64,000 nt of DNA, taken from the NCBI GenBank assembly GCA_965202585.1, contig OZ241826.1, forward strand, positions 41,230,001 to 41,294,000, in the 5' to 3' direction. Origin of the DNA: Thalia democratica (taxonomy: Eukaryota). This document shows, one piece after another, positions 37,008-50,240 of the stretch (the stretch's first letter is position 1; every line of letters starts with the position of its first letter). Under the pieces are notes generated by a model. That model was not told where the DNA came from. It searched no databases and saw nothing but the letters and a program-made list of their open reading frames with translations. The translations under genes and the position numbers were made by a program.

Positions 37008-40000
37008 ATGAGTCCTTATTTCACTGAAACTTCATTTGCCTATGCCACACCTGCAGTTTTGGTAGCAAAAGGTGGTGTTGAAAACAAAAATGTAGAACCT
37101 TGGGAAGAAAAAACAGATTTTTACGAAAAATATCCAATACGTCTTGGACAATTTTTTCAAAATTTTCTACCAGTAGCACCTGCAGATTTTATTGCTAAAA
37201 TTGAAACAAATGTAACAGAAGTACTTCGCAACAACTCTACTAATGCAACTTCTAATGAGATAAAAGTTGAAAATAACACTACTTTGAAAACTTTCACCAG
37301 CGTCAACAACGTTTATCAAGAATCGCAAAACACTCTAGGTTTTAAATTGTGCCGACCAGTAGTTTTTTGTGATTATGAAGCTTACGAAAACTGTTGGAAC
37401 AAATCTTTTTCAACTTGTGAAAACTGCAGGTAAAAATATATTTATTTTTAATTTTCAGAGTAGGTTTACTTAGTAAGATTGTAGCTTTGACAGAGGATCG
37501 TCAGCTACGTTAATTATTATTTTTTTCTTTTTGTTTATCAATCTATTTTAATTCTATCTCTGTATAGAAATTTTTTTTTTAATTCAATTTAAACTGGTCT
37601 TACCAACAGCAAAGGAGTATTTTCTTTTACATTGTTTATTATCTTACTACTTGGGGTGTTGATTGTTGTTGGAAATATGTCATACCTATTTTATCTGATG
37701 AAGAAAAAGAAAAACTTTTCGACGTTTTCTCTACTTCAGAGTTTTTCCACATGTGCTGATACTTTGACTGGTAATATTAAGTATCTTAAAAATAATCGAA
37801 TTTAACCTATACTAATAATAAGTACTTTTTGCAGGACTATTCATATTCGGTGTCTTTCTCCCTAACTTTACTTCCACGTATAATGAAACTGCGTTGCAAT
37901 TGTATAAATACTTTCAAGAACAACAAAAAAGTAGTAGTGCTTACTTTCAAGGAATATTGTTTATCTTCATTTTTCTGACTAATTTTTATTTATTGAAACT
38001 GATAAGTGTGGTAAAATTGGTAAATATTTATTTCGAATGGACAAACATATCAAAGAAAGCGATTATAATCCTAGCTTTAGCGACTTCAAGTTTTTCCTTG
38101 GCAATACCTATCTTATTCTGTTAGTCATTAGCAATTTAATTTCTTAGTAAACAAAAAAGAACGCACTTGACACTGTTTGTTATTTATATTTTGATTAAAA
38201 ATTTAATGGAACTTTTTTAATTGTAGTATACTCAGAACAACTTATTCTTAAACTATCGTAACTTTATAGTACAAGTGTATAACAATTTAGTGTATTTTAG
38301 TAGCAAGTAAAATTATAGACATTAAACTTTGAATATATTTGTTTTATTATTAAATTTCAATTTATCTAGTAAAAAAACAGTACTTTTGAAAAATTAAAAT
38401 TGCTAGCAGACATAGTTATCTAAAGTTAATTAGTATAAAGTTTGTTTTATGATACTTTTTGCAGATATCTAGTTAAGCAGTGTTAAAAGCATAGTTAAAT
38501 TTAAACTCAATTTCGTAAGTAGCTGCTGTAGACGCAATTAACTTAATAATTAGTAAGTACAATACAAAACTTAATATCTTGGGAACGGGTCACTTTTGCA
38601 CGAGCGTCACTTTTGCACGAAGGGTCACTTTTGCACGAGGGGACACTTTTGCACGGCGACTCTTTTGCACGAGCGACACTTTAGCACGAAGGGACACTTT
38701 TGCACGGCGTCACTTTTGCACGCAGGGTCACTTTTGCACGAGGGGACACTTTTGCACGGCGACTCTTTTGCACGAGCGTCACTTTAGCACGAAGGGACAC
38801 TTTTGCACGGCGTCACTTTTGCACGGAGGGTCACTTTTGCACGAAGGACACTTTTGCACGGCGTCACTTTTGCACGGTCGTCACTTTTGCATGGCGACAT
38901 TTTTACACGTCAAAACTTTTGCACGACGTTACATTTGCATGACGACATTTTTGCAAAGCGTCACTTTCGCACGGCGTTATAATTTCACGGGTATACTTAT
39001 GAACTGTAAAATTTTAAATAATCAGTCAATTTTGAACGGAACTTCACTTTTGCACGCTTCTTATTTTTTTTTCTCAAATAAAAATATGAATAGATTTTTT
39101 TTTGTCAATTTAAATAATATTCGCTTTTAAACGCAAGTTGTTTTGAATCAATAAAATGTTGTAGTGTTTTAATGAAATTTTAATGTAAAGTTTTTATGAA
39201 ACTATTGTTGCAAAAATTTATTTTACAAACTAAGTTTCGGTCTAATACCTCGTCAGTGCTTAAATAAATTTCTTAAATAAAAGTTTTTATGTTAAGTTTT
39301 ACGGACAACAATATAATTACGTACCACAATTCATTTATTCATATTTATAATCTTAATCAAAATAAACTGGAGAATAACAAACAATTTTGAATAATTTAAA
39401 TAAAAATTATCTGAATCTCGTTAAATTTTAAAGAGAAAGATAACCTTAATTTAGTAAGACTTTGAAACACGAATCTTGAGTATTATTTTTTAATAATATT
39501 CTCTTGATGTTAAAATTAGCAATATATAGTTGTTAAACAAATGGTTAAAATTTATTTCAATTTTAAACGATTGTTAAAATAAAACAAAAGATTTAGTTAA
39601 TTTTTGAATTGTAAAGGTATTTCAGATTTTACTTGACGTTTATTTTTCAGTCTATTTTTAAATTTAGCGTGAGAATATAAAGAGCAATAAAATGATTTGA
39701 ACTTGGATTATTTCAGCATTATAACTTTGCATGATCATGATAAGCCAAAGAGAAAGTAACATTTGGAAGTTTGAACTTATGTTAAAAGAAAATATACAAT
39801 ATTAGTCTTCAACTGCTGCAACATTTCAATAATAAGGCTTGGCAGAATTTTTTTTTTATCGGTCAGTTGAAATATGGAACAAACTTACAAATGAATTAGT
39901 TTCTTGCAAAAATTTTAAAGAATTTCGATTGAAGTTAAAATCTTTTTATCAAAATTATATTTGTGTTAATAAAATTAACAAGTAATTTTTATCAACCGTT

Positions 40001-42643
40001 GATTTAATTTTAAGATTAAGCTTAGTTTATAATTCAATTTATTATATTAGCAGCACCTTTACTCTAATAATAATGAGTCCTTATTCAATGTATTTAATGA
40101 TTACTCATCTAGCCAGTCTATTTTTAATGTCCTTGGAGCGTTAGGTTTTTATTTTTGTTGTTAATCAATGCGTTTAAATATTTGACGTTCATCGTTCTAC
40201 ATCAAAGCGTAAATAAGTATAAGTTTGTGCTTAACATTTTGCTTTTTATGTTAACCTATAAGTTTTATATCAAACTATGTTTTAATCTTTGTTTTAATAA
40301 ATAAACTTCTTGTATTAATTTTATTTTTTTATTATGTTTCTTTCAGTTTAAGTGGTCTAGGTTTTGATGCCTAAATCCATCATATGGATAATAAACTTGT
40401 AACTGTGTAGTAAAATATATAATATGACATAGTTGTTGACTAATATATTAAAGTTCAAAATAAACTAGAACAACTTACTTACACTAAAAGTATTTTTTAT
40501 CCTAGTTTCTAAATTAATTATTTTTTTTTGTCCCTGGTTTGAATTTTTTATAAATGATTAAAATTTATTTTTCCTTAGTTTGTTTCTAACATTAACTTTT
40601 ACTGTTTAAGATTTTAAATCTTTCATTTTTTGCCTTTAATATAGGTATGTTAAAAATTTGGTACTAGCTAAAGAACTTTTTACCAAAATTAAAAATTAAT
40701 GTTCCGTGCGAAAAAATCATTGTGCCAAAATGTCGCTAGGCAAAATCTTCATCGTAAAAATGTGACATTGTGCAAAAGTACCGTTGTGCAACAATGCTGC
40801 CGTAACAAATGTCGCCGTGCAGAAGTGTCTCCTAGTGCGAAAATAACGCCGTGCAAAATGACCCTGCGTGCAAAAGTGACGCCGTGCAAAAGTGTCTCTT
40901 CGTGCAAAAGTGACCCTCCGTGCAAAAGAGTCGCCGTGCAAAAGTGTCCCCTCGTGCAAAAGTGACCCTACGTGCAAAAGTGACGCCGTGCAAAAGTGTC
41001 CCCTCGTGCAAAAGTGACCCTGCGTGCAAAAGAGTCGCCGTGCAAAAGTGTCCCCTCGTGCAAAAGTGACCCTACGTGCAAAAGTGACGCCGTGCAAAAG
41101 TGTCCCCTCGTGCAAAAGTAACCCTGCGTGCAAAAGTGACGCCGTGCAAAAGTGTCCCTTCGTGCTAAAGTGACGCTCGTGCAAAAGAGTCGCCGTGCAA
41201 AAGTGTCCCCTCGTGCAAAAGTGACCCTTCGTGCAAAAGTGACAGTCGTGCAAAAGTGTCCCTTCGTTCAAAAGTGACGCTCGTGCAAAAGTGACACCCA
41301 CCCTAATATCTTAGTTAACATTAAGGAATAAAAATATAAACTTTACAGCATTATTTCCATATTCCATTCAGTTTTCCTATCAATTTGACATTTTTATATT
41401 CTGGATAGAAGTTTTACCAATTTCCAAAGTGAAAAACATTTATTTAATTATTCTATTTTTAACTGTCATAATTCCTTATATGATTATGGTTAGTTTGTAA
41501 AAACTACTACCTTCTCTACAACATATACTTTTATTTTTATAAACTATCTTTTTAGTTTTTTAACTCTACTAACTCTTAATTTTTCATTTTAACTTCAAAA
41601 TTTAAATAAACAAAAAAAATATCAGCGTAATGAATAATTATTTAATTAAAAATAAAAATAAAGCTTATATTTAGTTTAAAGTTTTAGTAAATATTTGATT
41701 AGGCACAAAAGGCTATTTACTTTTAAAACAGAGTTTTTAAAAATAAATGTGCTACAAAACTATTCAGTAAGTGTGAATTCATTCTTTAAATTTTATTCAG
41801 ATAAACAAATATATAAGTACAACAAACTCCTATGAAAATTTTATTGTCTATTTAGTTGTGTACTAAAGTAGATCAATGTTTTTTTTAATTATTAATCTAA
41901 GGTGTTTGCAACAATTGGAGTCTACCTAGTTGTAAGGCAAAAATTCAAAAGTTCACGAAAACTGACAAAGCAAACTAAATTAATAAATGCTATGGAAAGA
42001 AAAGTTGCATTAAAAATATCATTAATGGTTGTTGCTTTTTCTGTAACTACACGTTAGTCTTTAATTGTCTGTCTGTAACAGTGTATACTCTGAAATGTGT
42101 TTTAATTTACAGTACCTTTCATGATATCTGTAATAGTTGAACACAACAAAGGTGGATGCATAACAAAAACGAACCACGTGTTTGTGACGTTTTACTTGTT
42201 TTTCGCCAGAAGGTTGGTTTGCATTTTTCTTTCGATTAGTATTTTGTGTTTAGTTCTCATATATATTAAATACTTAACTTTAGTATAAAACAGTATTTTA
42301 TTTTAGAATACTAGTTGAATAATTTCAAAAAATTTAATTGAATTATGAATAATGTTATTAAGGTTTTTACAAATATATGAAGCAAATAGATATTTTGTTT
42401 ATTATATAATATTATTTAACAGTTTATTCGACAAATAGTTTTTAAATACTTGGCATACTTAATGTAGAATATTTTAGTAAAGTATCGGTTTGTTAAACCC
42501 AATGCTTTCTACGTGATATGCAGTTTTTTATTTTAATATATGTAGTTATTTTATTCAGCCTCATGAATGCAGTAATATACATTGCAACAGACTCGAAGTA
42601 CAGGAAGTTCATAAAGAAGTCATTCAGATATTTATTCAACTAA
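37008..42643 (+). CDS. Atypical rhodopsin-like 7TM receptor, paralog 2, 447 aa, 7 exons
   Basis: Exons 37008-37429, 37610-37770, 37835-38119, 41349-41488, 41902-42052, 42113-42212, 42559-42643; 1344 nt, no internal stops. Same phases and internal exon lengths (161, 285, 140, 151, 100) as paralog 1. Confidence 0.9.
38581..38995 (+). repeat. Left modular TIR: tandem G(T/A)C(A/T)CTTTTGCACG-n units
   Basis: About 24 units of 16-18 bp, degenerating inward. Confidence 0.9.
39690..40305 (+). mobile_element. CR1/L2-type LINE 3' fragment carried inside the foldback element
   Basis: FFFYRSVEIWNKLTNELVSCKNFKEFRLKLKS (about 39848-39945) matches the FF..R.V..WN.L...VV......F+..L C-terminal motif of CR1/L2 RT proteins. 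The upstream part has stops. An AATAAATAAA tail-like end lies at about 40300. Confidence 0.6.
40700..41303 (-). repeat. Right modular TIR (inverted relative to the left arm)
   Basis: Tandem CGTGCAAAAG(T/A)G(A/T)C units; longer array than the left arm. Confidence 0.9.
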
Positions 42644-43433
42644 CTTTGTAACTTAACGCTTTACAAAATAAACAACATTTTCCAACAAACTCAACAAAAT
42701 CTTTTTAGTTTGTATCAAATTGTTTCAATTTATGCAAGATATGTATTAGAAAAAAATGCAGATCAAAAGTATACTTTTTTTAATATGTCTTAAATAGCAA
42801 ATATCTGCATAATTAACTTTTGAAACTTAAAATGTTAAAATAAAGAGAAATTAAAAACTATTAGAACAAAAAAAATCATTCCTATTTTGTAGTATTGAAG
42901 TAGACTCAAATATATTGTATAAAACAGATATAGTATAAACCAGGCATAGAAAGTGTTAATCTAATTAAATACAATATATAATAACTATCAACTTAGTTAA
43001 AACAGAAATAGAAACATCATTTAAGTATTCACATAAAATATGTTTTTAACTAAAGTAGCTTGAAGTAGATTTTAATCATTAACTATTCATCAGCTACTTA
43101 ATTTTATTCCTAATTGTTGTTTATATTTGATTTTTTTTTTCATTAGATTTTAGAAAAGTTTCTAGTATTTGACTTTTTGAAATATATAGTAGGTTATAGT
43201 TATGTTGTTTTTTATTAAATATGTTTTATATAAAAGTTAAGTTAAATTTATATATATTTTTTAGTTCAAATGTTACTAAATAAGATTCTTAGTACATTAT
43301 TAAACACAAAATTCAGTTAATTTTCGTTTAGTTTTATTTTCTTTCGTTTAACAATCGTTTTTTTACTAAAAATTTAAATACCTAAATGATAAAAAATAAT
43401 ATGTGTAATAGCTCGTAAGAAACTTTATAAGCA

Positions 43434-43501
43434 TGTGGTGTACGACTTGATAACCGAAAGGTTCCTTTATTCACCAGGTCCTTAGACCAAACTTTTTGAG
43501 C
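43434..43501 (-). repeat. Dispersed element, copy 3 (duplicated at 53910-53977)
   Basis: Near-identical to the copy at 21012-21079. Confidence 0.75.
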
Positions 43502-44814
43502 GCTTTTTTATCGTTCAATAAACAATTATTTATCAAAATAACAAATAAATTTATTATTCATAATAGGTATAAATATTATGAGACTTTTAGATACAATTAG
43601 GATTTTTTATAATTTGAGTAACTTTAAAAGTTTCAAAAAAAAAAACAATTAAACATTTTTAATAATTTTTTTTTGTCAGAATTCTATTTTCTAATGTTTT
43701 ACTTAACCTTAATTTATTGTTCTCTTAATAGGCTTATCCTTAAAATTAATTAGTATTTGTTTAATTTTTGTTTTATGTTAATTGTTTTTTTTTTTTTTTG
43801 AAAAGAGTTTGTAATAATTGTCCAATTAAGTTTAATTTGGATTGTAGCATAAAATATTATTAATGCCTTTGAAAATATATTATAGACTAAGGTTGATTAT
43901 ATATGTTATAATGTTGTTCCTATGTTTAATATTAATAATACATATGTTTTAAAATTTTTATTTATAAGTTATACAATTATATGTTTTTTTTTTGTGTTTA
44001 CTATTCAAATGGCCTTGTTTTTAATGCTTAGAATAGAAATTCATAATAAGTTAAAATAATTATAATTTTAATACCTATAAAAAATTTTTTTTTGATATAA
44101 GAAGAAAAAAATAAATAAAAAAGATTATTTTATAAAAGAATGTTCTTAAACTAAATTTAAATTAATAATCTCGATAAACAAGCTTAAGTTCTTCCTAACA
44201 AAAATTACAAGTTGGTTAAAACAAAAAAGTTATAAATTAAAAAAAAAACAATGTGTGATATTAATTGAATTAAACGTTAAGATTTGTTGTATAAGAAAAA
44301 ATAAATCGACCTTTTAATTATTCATATAAATTATCATTAATTAATACTTCTTATAATTTAGTTATGGTAAAACGATATGATGCATGAAAATGCCTCTCGG
44401 TTAGCGAATCACACAACGTTTATTTACTATAAATGTGTTTATTTTTTATAGTATTTTAGCTATAAATAAGTAGAGTATACAAATATTGTTAATTTTTCTA
44501 AATAAATAAGTTTTTGTGTTTTTTTATTATCGTTTATAATATTTGTAAATTACGTTATGTAAGCTTAGCTTAAAATATTTAATACATGAAAACATGTTTT
44601 TTAGTCGCTCGTTTTATGAAAACTGATTTTTTTTGTTCCAATTGAATACTTTACGATCATGAAATTTAAAGTATATAATTAATGAAGAAAACTATAAACT
44701 TTAATTAAAAATGACAAAAAACTGTCAAACAATAACAGAAACTAATAGTTTTTTCATACATTGCTAAATTGCTAACAATATATAATTAAAAAAAAATCTA
44801 CTATAATATTAAAA

Positions 44815-44952
44815 ATCACAGTTTACGTAGTTGTAAGGACAAAGTTTAAAGATTCGTTAAAACTCACAAAACAAATTATTATAATTAACGCCGTAAAAAG
44901 AAAAGTTGCAATAAAAATGTCATTAGTAGTTGTGGCTTACTATGTGATTAGT
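44815..44952 (+). pseudogene. Orphan relic of receptor exon 5 (TM5 end-ICL3-TM6)
   Basis: ITVYVVVRTKFKDSLKLTKQIIIINAVKRKVAIKMSLVVVAYYVIS aligns to IGVYLVVRQKFKSSRKLTKQTKLINAMERKVALKISLMVVAFSVTT. Confidence 0.75.
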
Positions 44953-45621
44953 GTTAAAAAAAATAAATATATTATAAAACTATAAAAACATCCAGTATCG
45001 GTTTTTTAGTTTGCAGATTTTTTTATACAAATAAATTGTAGTAGTAGCCTAGTATACCTACTATAAATGATTATAAAAGACAAACTGAATTATATCTTAT
45101 TAAAAGCTCTAAAACAAAATTGTGCTTAATGTTTTAACTTTAACTATCTATTTTCGTTTACAACGGTTTAACTCTCTATTAGTTTTTATTTAAATATATG
45201 CTGTAGTTGTAAATTATACTTAACAAAAAAAGTCGTACTTAATAGACCTTTTTACTAAATAAAATTAAGAGTTATAAAAATTTTATTTGTTAAAAAGTAT
45301 TATTAATGCAGATACTAAAAACTATTTTTTATGGAAAATTTATTTTATACAGTAAACAATCATAGCCTTTTTTTCTATCTACCGCCCAAACTGCCTTAAA
45401 AAACTTATAAAAACCTAACACGTATCTAAAACTAAAAACTGGAGAAAACTATTTTTTTACAAAGTGTGTTAGAGAATTAACTTAGCTGTACATTTATTAC
45501 ACTTATTTAAACCATCGTTTGTAGAAAATATAAATTATAATAAAATATTGTACTTTATGGTTCAAAGTAACATTTTAAAAATGTATCTAACATTTAAAGC
45601 ATTTAAAGCACATGTAAAACA

Positions 45622-45768
45622 TGTGCAACAATCACAGTTTACGTAGTTGTAAGGACAAAGTTTAAAGATTCCTTAAAACTCACAAAACAAATTATTATAA
45701 TTAACGCCGTAAAAAGAAAAGTTGCAATAAAAATGTCATTAATAGTTGTGGTTTACTATGTGACTAAT
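45622..45768 (+). pseudogene. Orphan relic of receptor exon 5, most complete copy
   Basis: CATITVYVVVRTKFKDSLKLTKQIIIINAVKRKVAIKMSLIVVVYYVTN, stop-free, followed by the family's GTTAGT donor. No acceptor and no neighbouring exons were found. Confidence 0.78.
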
Positions 45769-47229
45769 GTTAGTATTTATTTGCTTGTATAAAATAAAAC
45801 AGCTTATAAAACTCTAAAAACATTCAGTATATTTTTTTACAGCTTGCAGAGATTTTTAACAAATAAATTGTAGTAGTAGCTTAGTATACTTACTATAAAT
45901 AATTATAAAGGAAAAACTGAATTATACATAATTGAAAGCTCTAAAACAAAATTGTGCTTAATATTTTAACTTTTAACTATCTACTTTCGTTTACAACGGT
46001 TTAACTATCTATTAGTAAAATGTAATAGTAAAATTTAAATATAAGCTGAAGTTGTAAATTACAATTACCAAAAAAAAAATGTACTTATAGATCTTTTTAC
46101 TAAGTAAAATTAGCAGTTATGTAAATTTTATTTGTTAGCAGAGTGTTATTAGTGCAGGTACTAAAAACTATTTTTTAGACAAAAGTTAATTTGTACAGTA
46201 AATAATCGTAGCCTTTTTTTTTTTTCTATCTACCGCCCAAACTGCCTTAAAAAACTTATAAAAACCTAGCACGTATCTAAAACTAAAAACTGGAGAAAAC
46301 TATTTTTATACACAGTTTGTTAAGGAATGTACTGAGCTGTACATTTATTACACTTCCTTAAACCATCGTTACTAGAGAAAATAAATTATAATAAAATATT
46401 GTACCTTATGGTTCAAAGTGACATTTTAAAAATGTATCTAACATTTAAAGCAGTTAGAAAGAAAATATTATTATCAATGTTTAAAACGTATTTATTACAT
46501 TTGTTCAAAAAGTCAAATAAAAATAAAAGCAATTCTAAAATAAAATTTTGTAATTCTACTAACTTTCATGAAGTTTTTACAACAAAAATACCTTCAGATG
46601 TGTTTTTTTTTTTTCTTACAAATATTTATTTTTCAAAAAATCAAATTAGAAATTAATAAACTTACAACCCTAAACAAGCTAATATGAAAAATAAAAAATT
46701 CAAACTGCAATAAAGTTTACTGAACTTGATTTTGTTATTATAAAACTTTATTATTTTAACATAGAGACAGTTTAAGCGTTATAGTAAATTAACGAACAAG
46801 TTGTACCTCATGACATTTTAAATACTAGCTACATTTTTTTTTGCTTGCATTTTACTTTTACAACGCATATCGGTAGGAAGGGGTTTTAACAGAATCATAT
46901 AATTTCTTAAAGTAGTTGTAACTTATATTATTTGCTTGATTCAAATTAAAATGAAAAGTGGATATTGTTACAAACATGCGACGACTAGTATTGAGGGGAC
47001 GAACTAAAATAATTTTACCAAGTTTAGATTTCTCAAGTATAAGTTAGCCAAGTTAAGTTTTAAATAAATTTTTCGAATAATTTTTCGTTTTAATCAATGA
47101 AAAATATCGTACAATTCGAATTATTTTGCGGAATTTATTACAAACAAATTTAAGTTTTTAATATAAACACATAATGTTTTTTTTACTTATTGTTTTAGTA
47201 ATTTGTAGTTAAGTGAACGAAAAAAGTAC

Positions 47230-47326
47230 GCTCAAAATATTTGGTCGTACGACCTGGTGCACGAAGAACCTTACGGTTATCGAGACGCATATCTTGTTGG
47301 ATACCTTTAAATGTTTTGTCCAGGAC
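47230..47326 (+). repeat. Dispersed element, copy 4 (duplicated at 56748-56832)
   Basis: gctcaaaatatttggtcgtacgacctggtgcacgaagaaccttacggttatcgagacgca...caggac. Confidence 0.75.
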
Positions 47327-47633
47327 TTTTGAAGGTCTACAAAAGAAAATACTTAAAAAAATAAAGTAAAATAATTTAATTAATGACGAATATTGTAAAC
47401 TTATAACGTTTATAACAGTTGTCATTTGTATTTATTATCCATAAAGTTATGTTACTTAAGCGAAACAAATAAATATTGGCAAATAAATATACGGTTTAAG
47501 TAAATGTAGAGTATTTTAAATTTTGAAAATATATAGATTGAATTTTGTTTAATTTTGTAAATAAAATGCACTTATTACTTATGGCACATACTAAGTCTAT
47601 AATATTATAGTTTTTTCAACAACAACAATAGAT

Positions 47634-47713
47634 GCTCAAAGTATTTGGAGTACAAAGAACCTTTTGATTATCGAGTCGCACACCACAGATACCTTAAACG
47701 TCTTTTCCAGGAC
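47634..47713 (+). repeat. Dispersed element, copy 5 (duplicated at 57145-57224)
   Basis: Same consensus, with a 13-nt internal deletion between two TGG trinucleotides. Confidence 0.7.
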
Positions 47714-50240
47714 ATATTACAAAAATTAAGCTTTTTTGAGTTTTATTTAACAGATATATTTAAGTTAATGTGAAGTTTTTTTTGTCACTTCCGACGATAC
47801 AAATTCTGCAAACTTTTATATTTTTAATTTAGTGCGTCTAAGTTGTTGGTTTTCAAAAATATGTCTAAAAAAAGTTTAGTTTATTAAATGTTGTAGAAGT
47901 TTAGAATTAGTTCTATAATAGCTTTTATTGTACTTTTAAGTATATCATGCCATAATATTTGTTAGATCGATGGGTTTTTTTATCAACTCAGAATAACGAA
48001 AGGTTTTTCATTATTAAAAATATTAGAAGGACACAGTGCAAACACAATCTGAGCTTAAAGTATGTTATAGTGCTGTAAATATCTTAGAGTTAAAAGTGAA
48101 TTTAATAAGCCAATAGGAATTTTTTAGTTTTATTTAAAATCGATATTATAAGAAAACATTAATATTGGCGTTTTAAATTAGTTACATAGAAAAGATTAAC
48201 AGTGTAATTGTAAGTAAGTGCTAACAGAAAAAAACTTATAAGCACAAAACCTATTTTCAATAACTTTTTTACTTAAATAAAAATAATCTACTTCTCTATT
48301 AAAAACCTAGTTTATTGAGCTTAAACGTTGTTTGAAAAACCAATTCTAAGATTGTTGATTGTTTATGCGAACTATCAAAATCAAATACTTCAGCAATACA
48401 TTGTTGAGAAATTTGTTGTTTATGCATTCTGTTATTACTAAAATGTGTTTATAAGAAATTGTTTTGTTGGTTTTTTTATTTTTGTTTTGTTTTTTAATTA
48501 TAACTATGAAGTAGTTTTTTTTTCAACAATAAAAACACTTTAAACTTTCTCGTGACTTAAAAAAAATATTTTTTCAATTTTTCCATCGAGAAAGTCAAAT
48601 GTACAGGTGTTGGTAGTTTGTCCTTAATAACATGTAATCGTGAGATGACAAAACAAACAATTAATCGACATCTATTGCGTAAAAGAACAATCTCGGCACT
48701 AATGAACATTTTTAAGGTTATTTGTTTTTGCACTTTGTTTAACTTTGTCTTAAGTCAGTATCTCATGTTGTTTAGAATTTGTAGTAATGTATTGGAACAT
48801 ATCAAGGCAGCATATAAATGTTATCTATGTTTGAGTTAGACAAACGCTAGTTTTTTGTTTTCAGAATAGTTATAAACTAACATCTTATAATAATTTTAGA
48901 TTAGACTAATAGGTTTGCTATTTAATGTTTTAATGACTAATTTTGTTTTATTTTTCGTCCCTAAAAAGCTATTAATTAATGTTAATAAAAAGCTGTTTAC
49001 AGAATAAAATTGAAAAAATTCATGAAAAACAATTCTTAAGCAGCATTTTTTTGACATTTTTGAATCATGTTTAAAAACTGTTGAGTCGTTTTATTACAAT
49101 TTACTTGTGAAGGCTTAAAAAGAAAATAATTTTAAATTTATGTTTTCAGTATGTTTCTTTATTTTTAAAAGAAGTTTTAGATTTTTCACTTGAACAACTA
49201 AAGTTAGTTGAGAGATTATGTTAGAATACGTTTCAGTAAATTTTTGTAAACAACTAAACTCTGCCGAATGTTTTTCTTTGGTATTGTAATTGTTAAGCTT
49301 GCTTAAATTTTTGTACATTTCTAAAAAAAATAGCAATAGATAATAATATTGTTACTTCTGAGTTTTCAGAGTAAGATTCAAAACAGTTTAAAGTTAAAAT
49401 TTATTTAATTCCTTTAAATTTAGTACAAAAATCGGTATCTTGTTTTAAATTTTTTAAGTAAAATATTTTGTTACATAAATATATTAAAAAAAAAATATTT
49501 ATGCGTCTTGGTATATTTTATACTTTAAGTATTCGTACGTTCGAATTTTATTAAATAACATTTAAAGACTTTATATTTACAACGGCCAAGTTAAAGAATT
49601 TTTTTAATGAGAAAAAACTTAAATTTAATATTTTCTATAAGTTATTTGAATAAGTTTTGCTTCAAATTATAATTATTTTAGACGTTTCAGAAACTGATAA
49701 AATAACTTAAGTTTAAACTTAATTTTAGTTCATTTTGACAGTTATTTGTACAATATTAAAAAAATTCAGTGCACAGAAATAATACCGAAGCAAAATATAT
49801 TGCACACTTAATAAATCACTATAAAAAAACATTTTTCTGTTAGTTTTTAAGTATAGTATAAAATATTAAACCAACTTGAGTGCAACGAAGAAATAAAACT
49901 TAATAAAAACTAATACAAACAAAATAAGTAAATAAGGAAAAAAAAAATCGGACAGCTAGAGTCTTTCTATAAAAATTTAAAGCTTAAAAATTTATCTATT
50001 ATGTTATTTGAAAATAAATTGCGAAAATAAATATTACAGTTTAGTTTTAAAAGTTTTCATGAAAAATTTTACTATCTAAGTACTTTGTTTTTTACAAACA
50101 ATTTAGCTGATTACTAACAAATCAACTATTATTTTTAGTAAGTTGTCCGTTTTCAGCTTCGCATATGAACATATTTTGTTTTTTTAAGTTTTCAGATAAA
50201 TTTTAACAACTTCAGTTACTTGAAAACTCTTTTATCAGAA

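Larger units (their letters stand above)
38581..41303. mobile_element. Foldback/Mutator-like non-autonomous DNA transposon (2723 bp) in intron 3 of receptor 2
   Basis: 9-bp TSD TAATATCTT (38572-38580 and 41304-41312). Ends are GGG...GTCACTTTTGCACGA in inverted orientation. Long TIRs are built of 16-18 bp tandem units. The paralogous site at about 51772-51780 (taacatctt) is empty. Confidence 0.9.
44815..46452 (+). repeat. About 0.8-kb local tandem duplication (44815-45601 and 45632-46452), single-copy in unit B2
   Basis: Both copies start atcacagtttacgtagttgtaaggacaaag and end aatgtatctaacatttaaagc. One copy at 55321-56047. Confidence 0.85.
36445..49663 (+). repeat. Tandem segmental duplication unit B1 (receptor 2 plus flanks; about 13.2 kb including a 2.7-kb insertion and a 0.8-kb internal duplication)
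   Basis: Colinear with 49689-59235 from aaactgataaaataact onward. Breakpoints are approximate. Confidence 0.9.

Noticed and set aside
38579-41301. ORFs of 63-194 aa (VTFARR/HFCT/CKS-rich) over the foldback arms
   Set aside because: They are translations of the 16-18 bp tandem units, open in several frames on both strands. They are repeat artefacts.
48618-48839. 73-aa ORF with a TM6-like look
   Set aside because: TTG start, and its duplicate at about 58135-58350 carries frameshifting indels, so there is no coding conservation.
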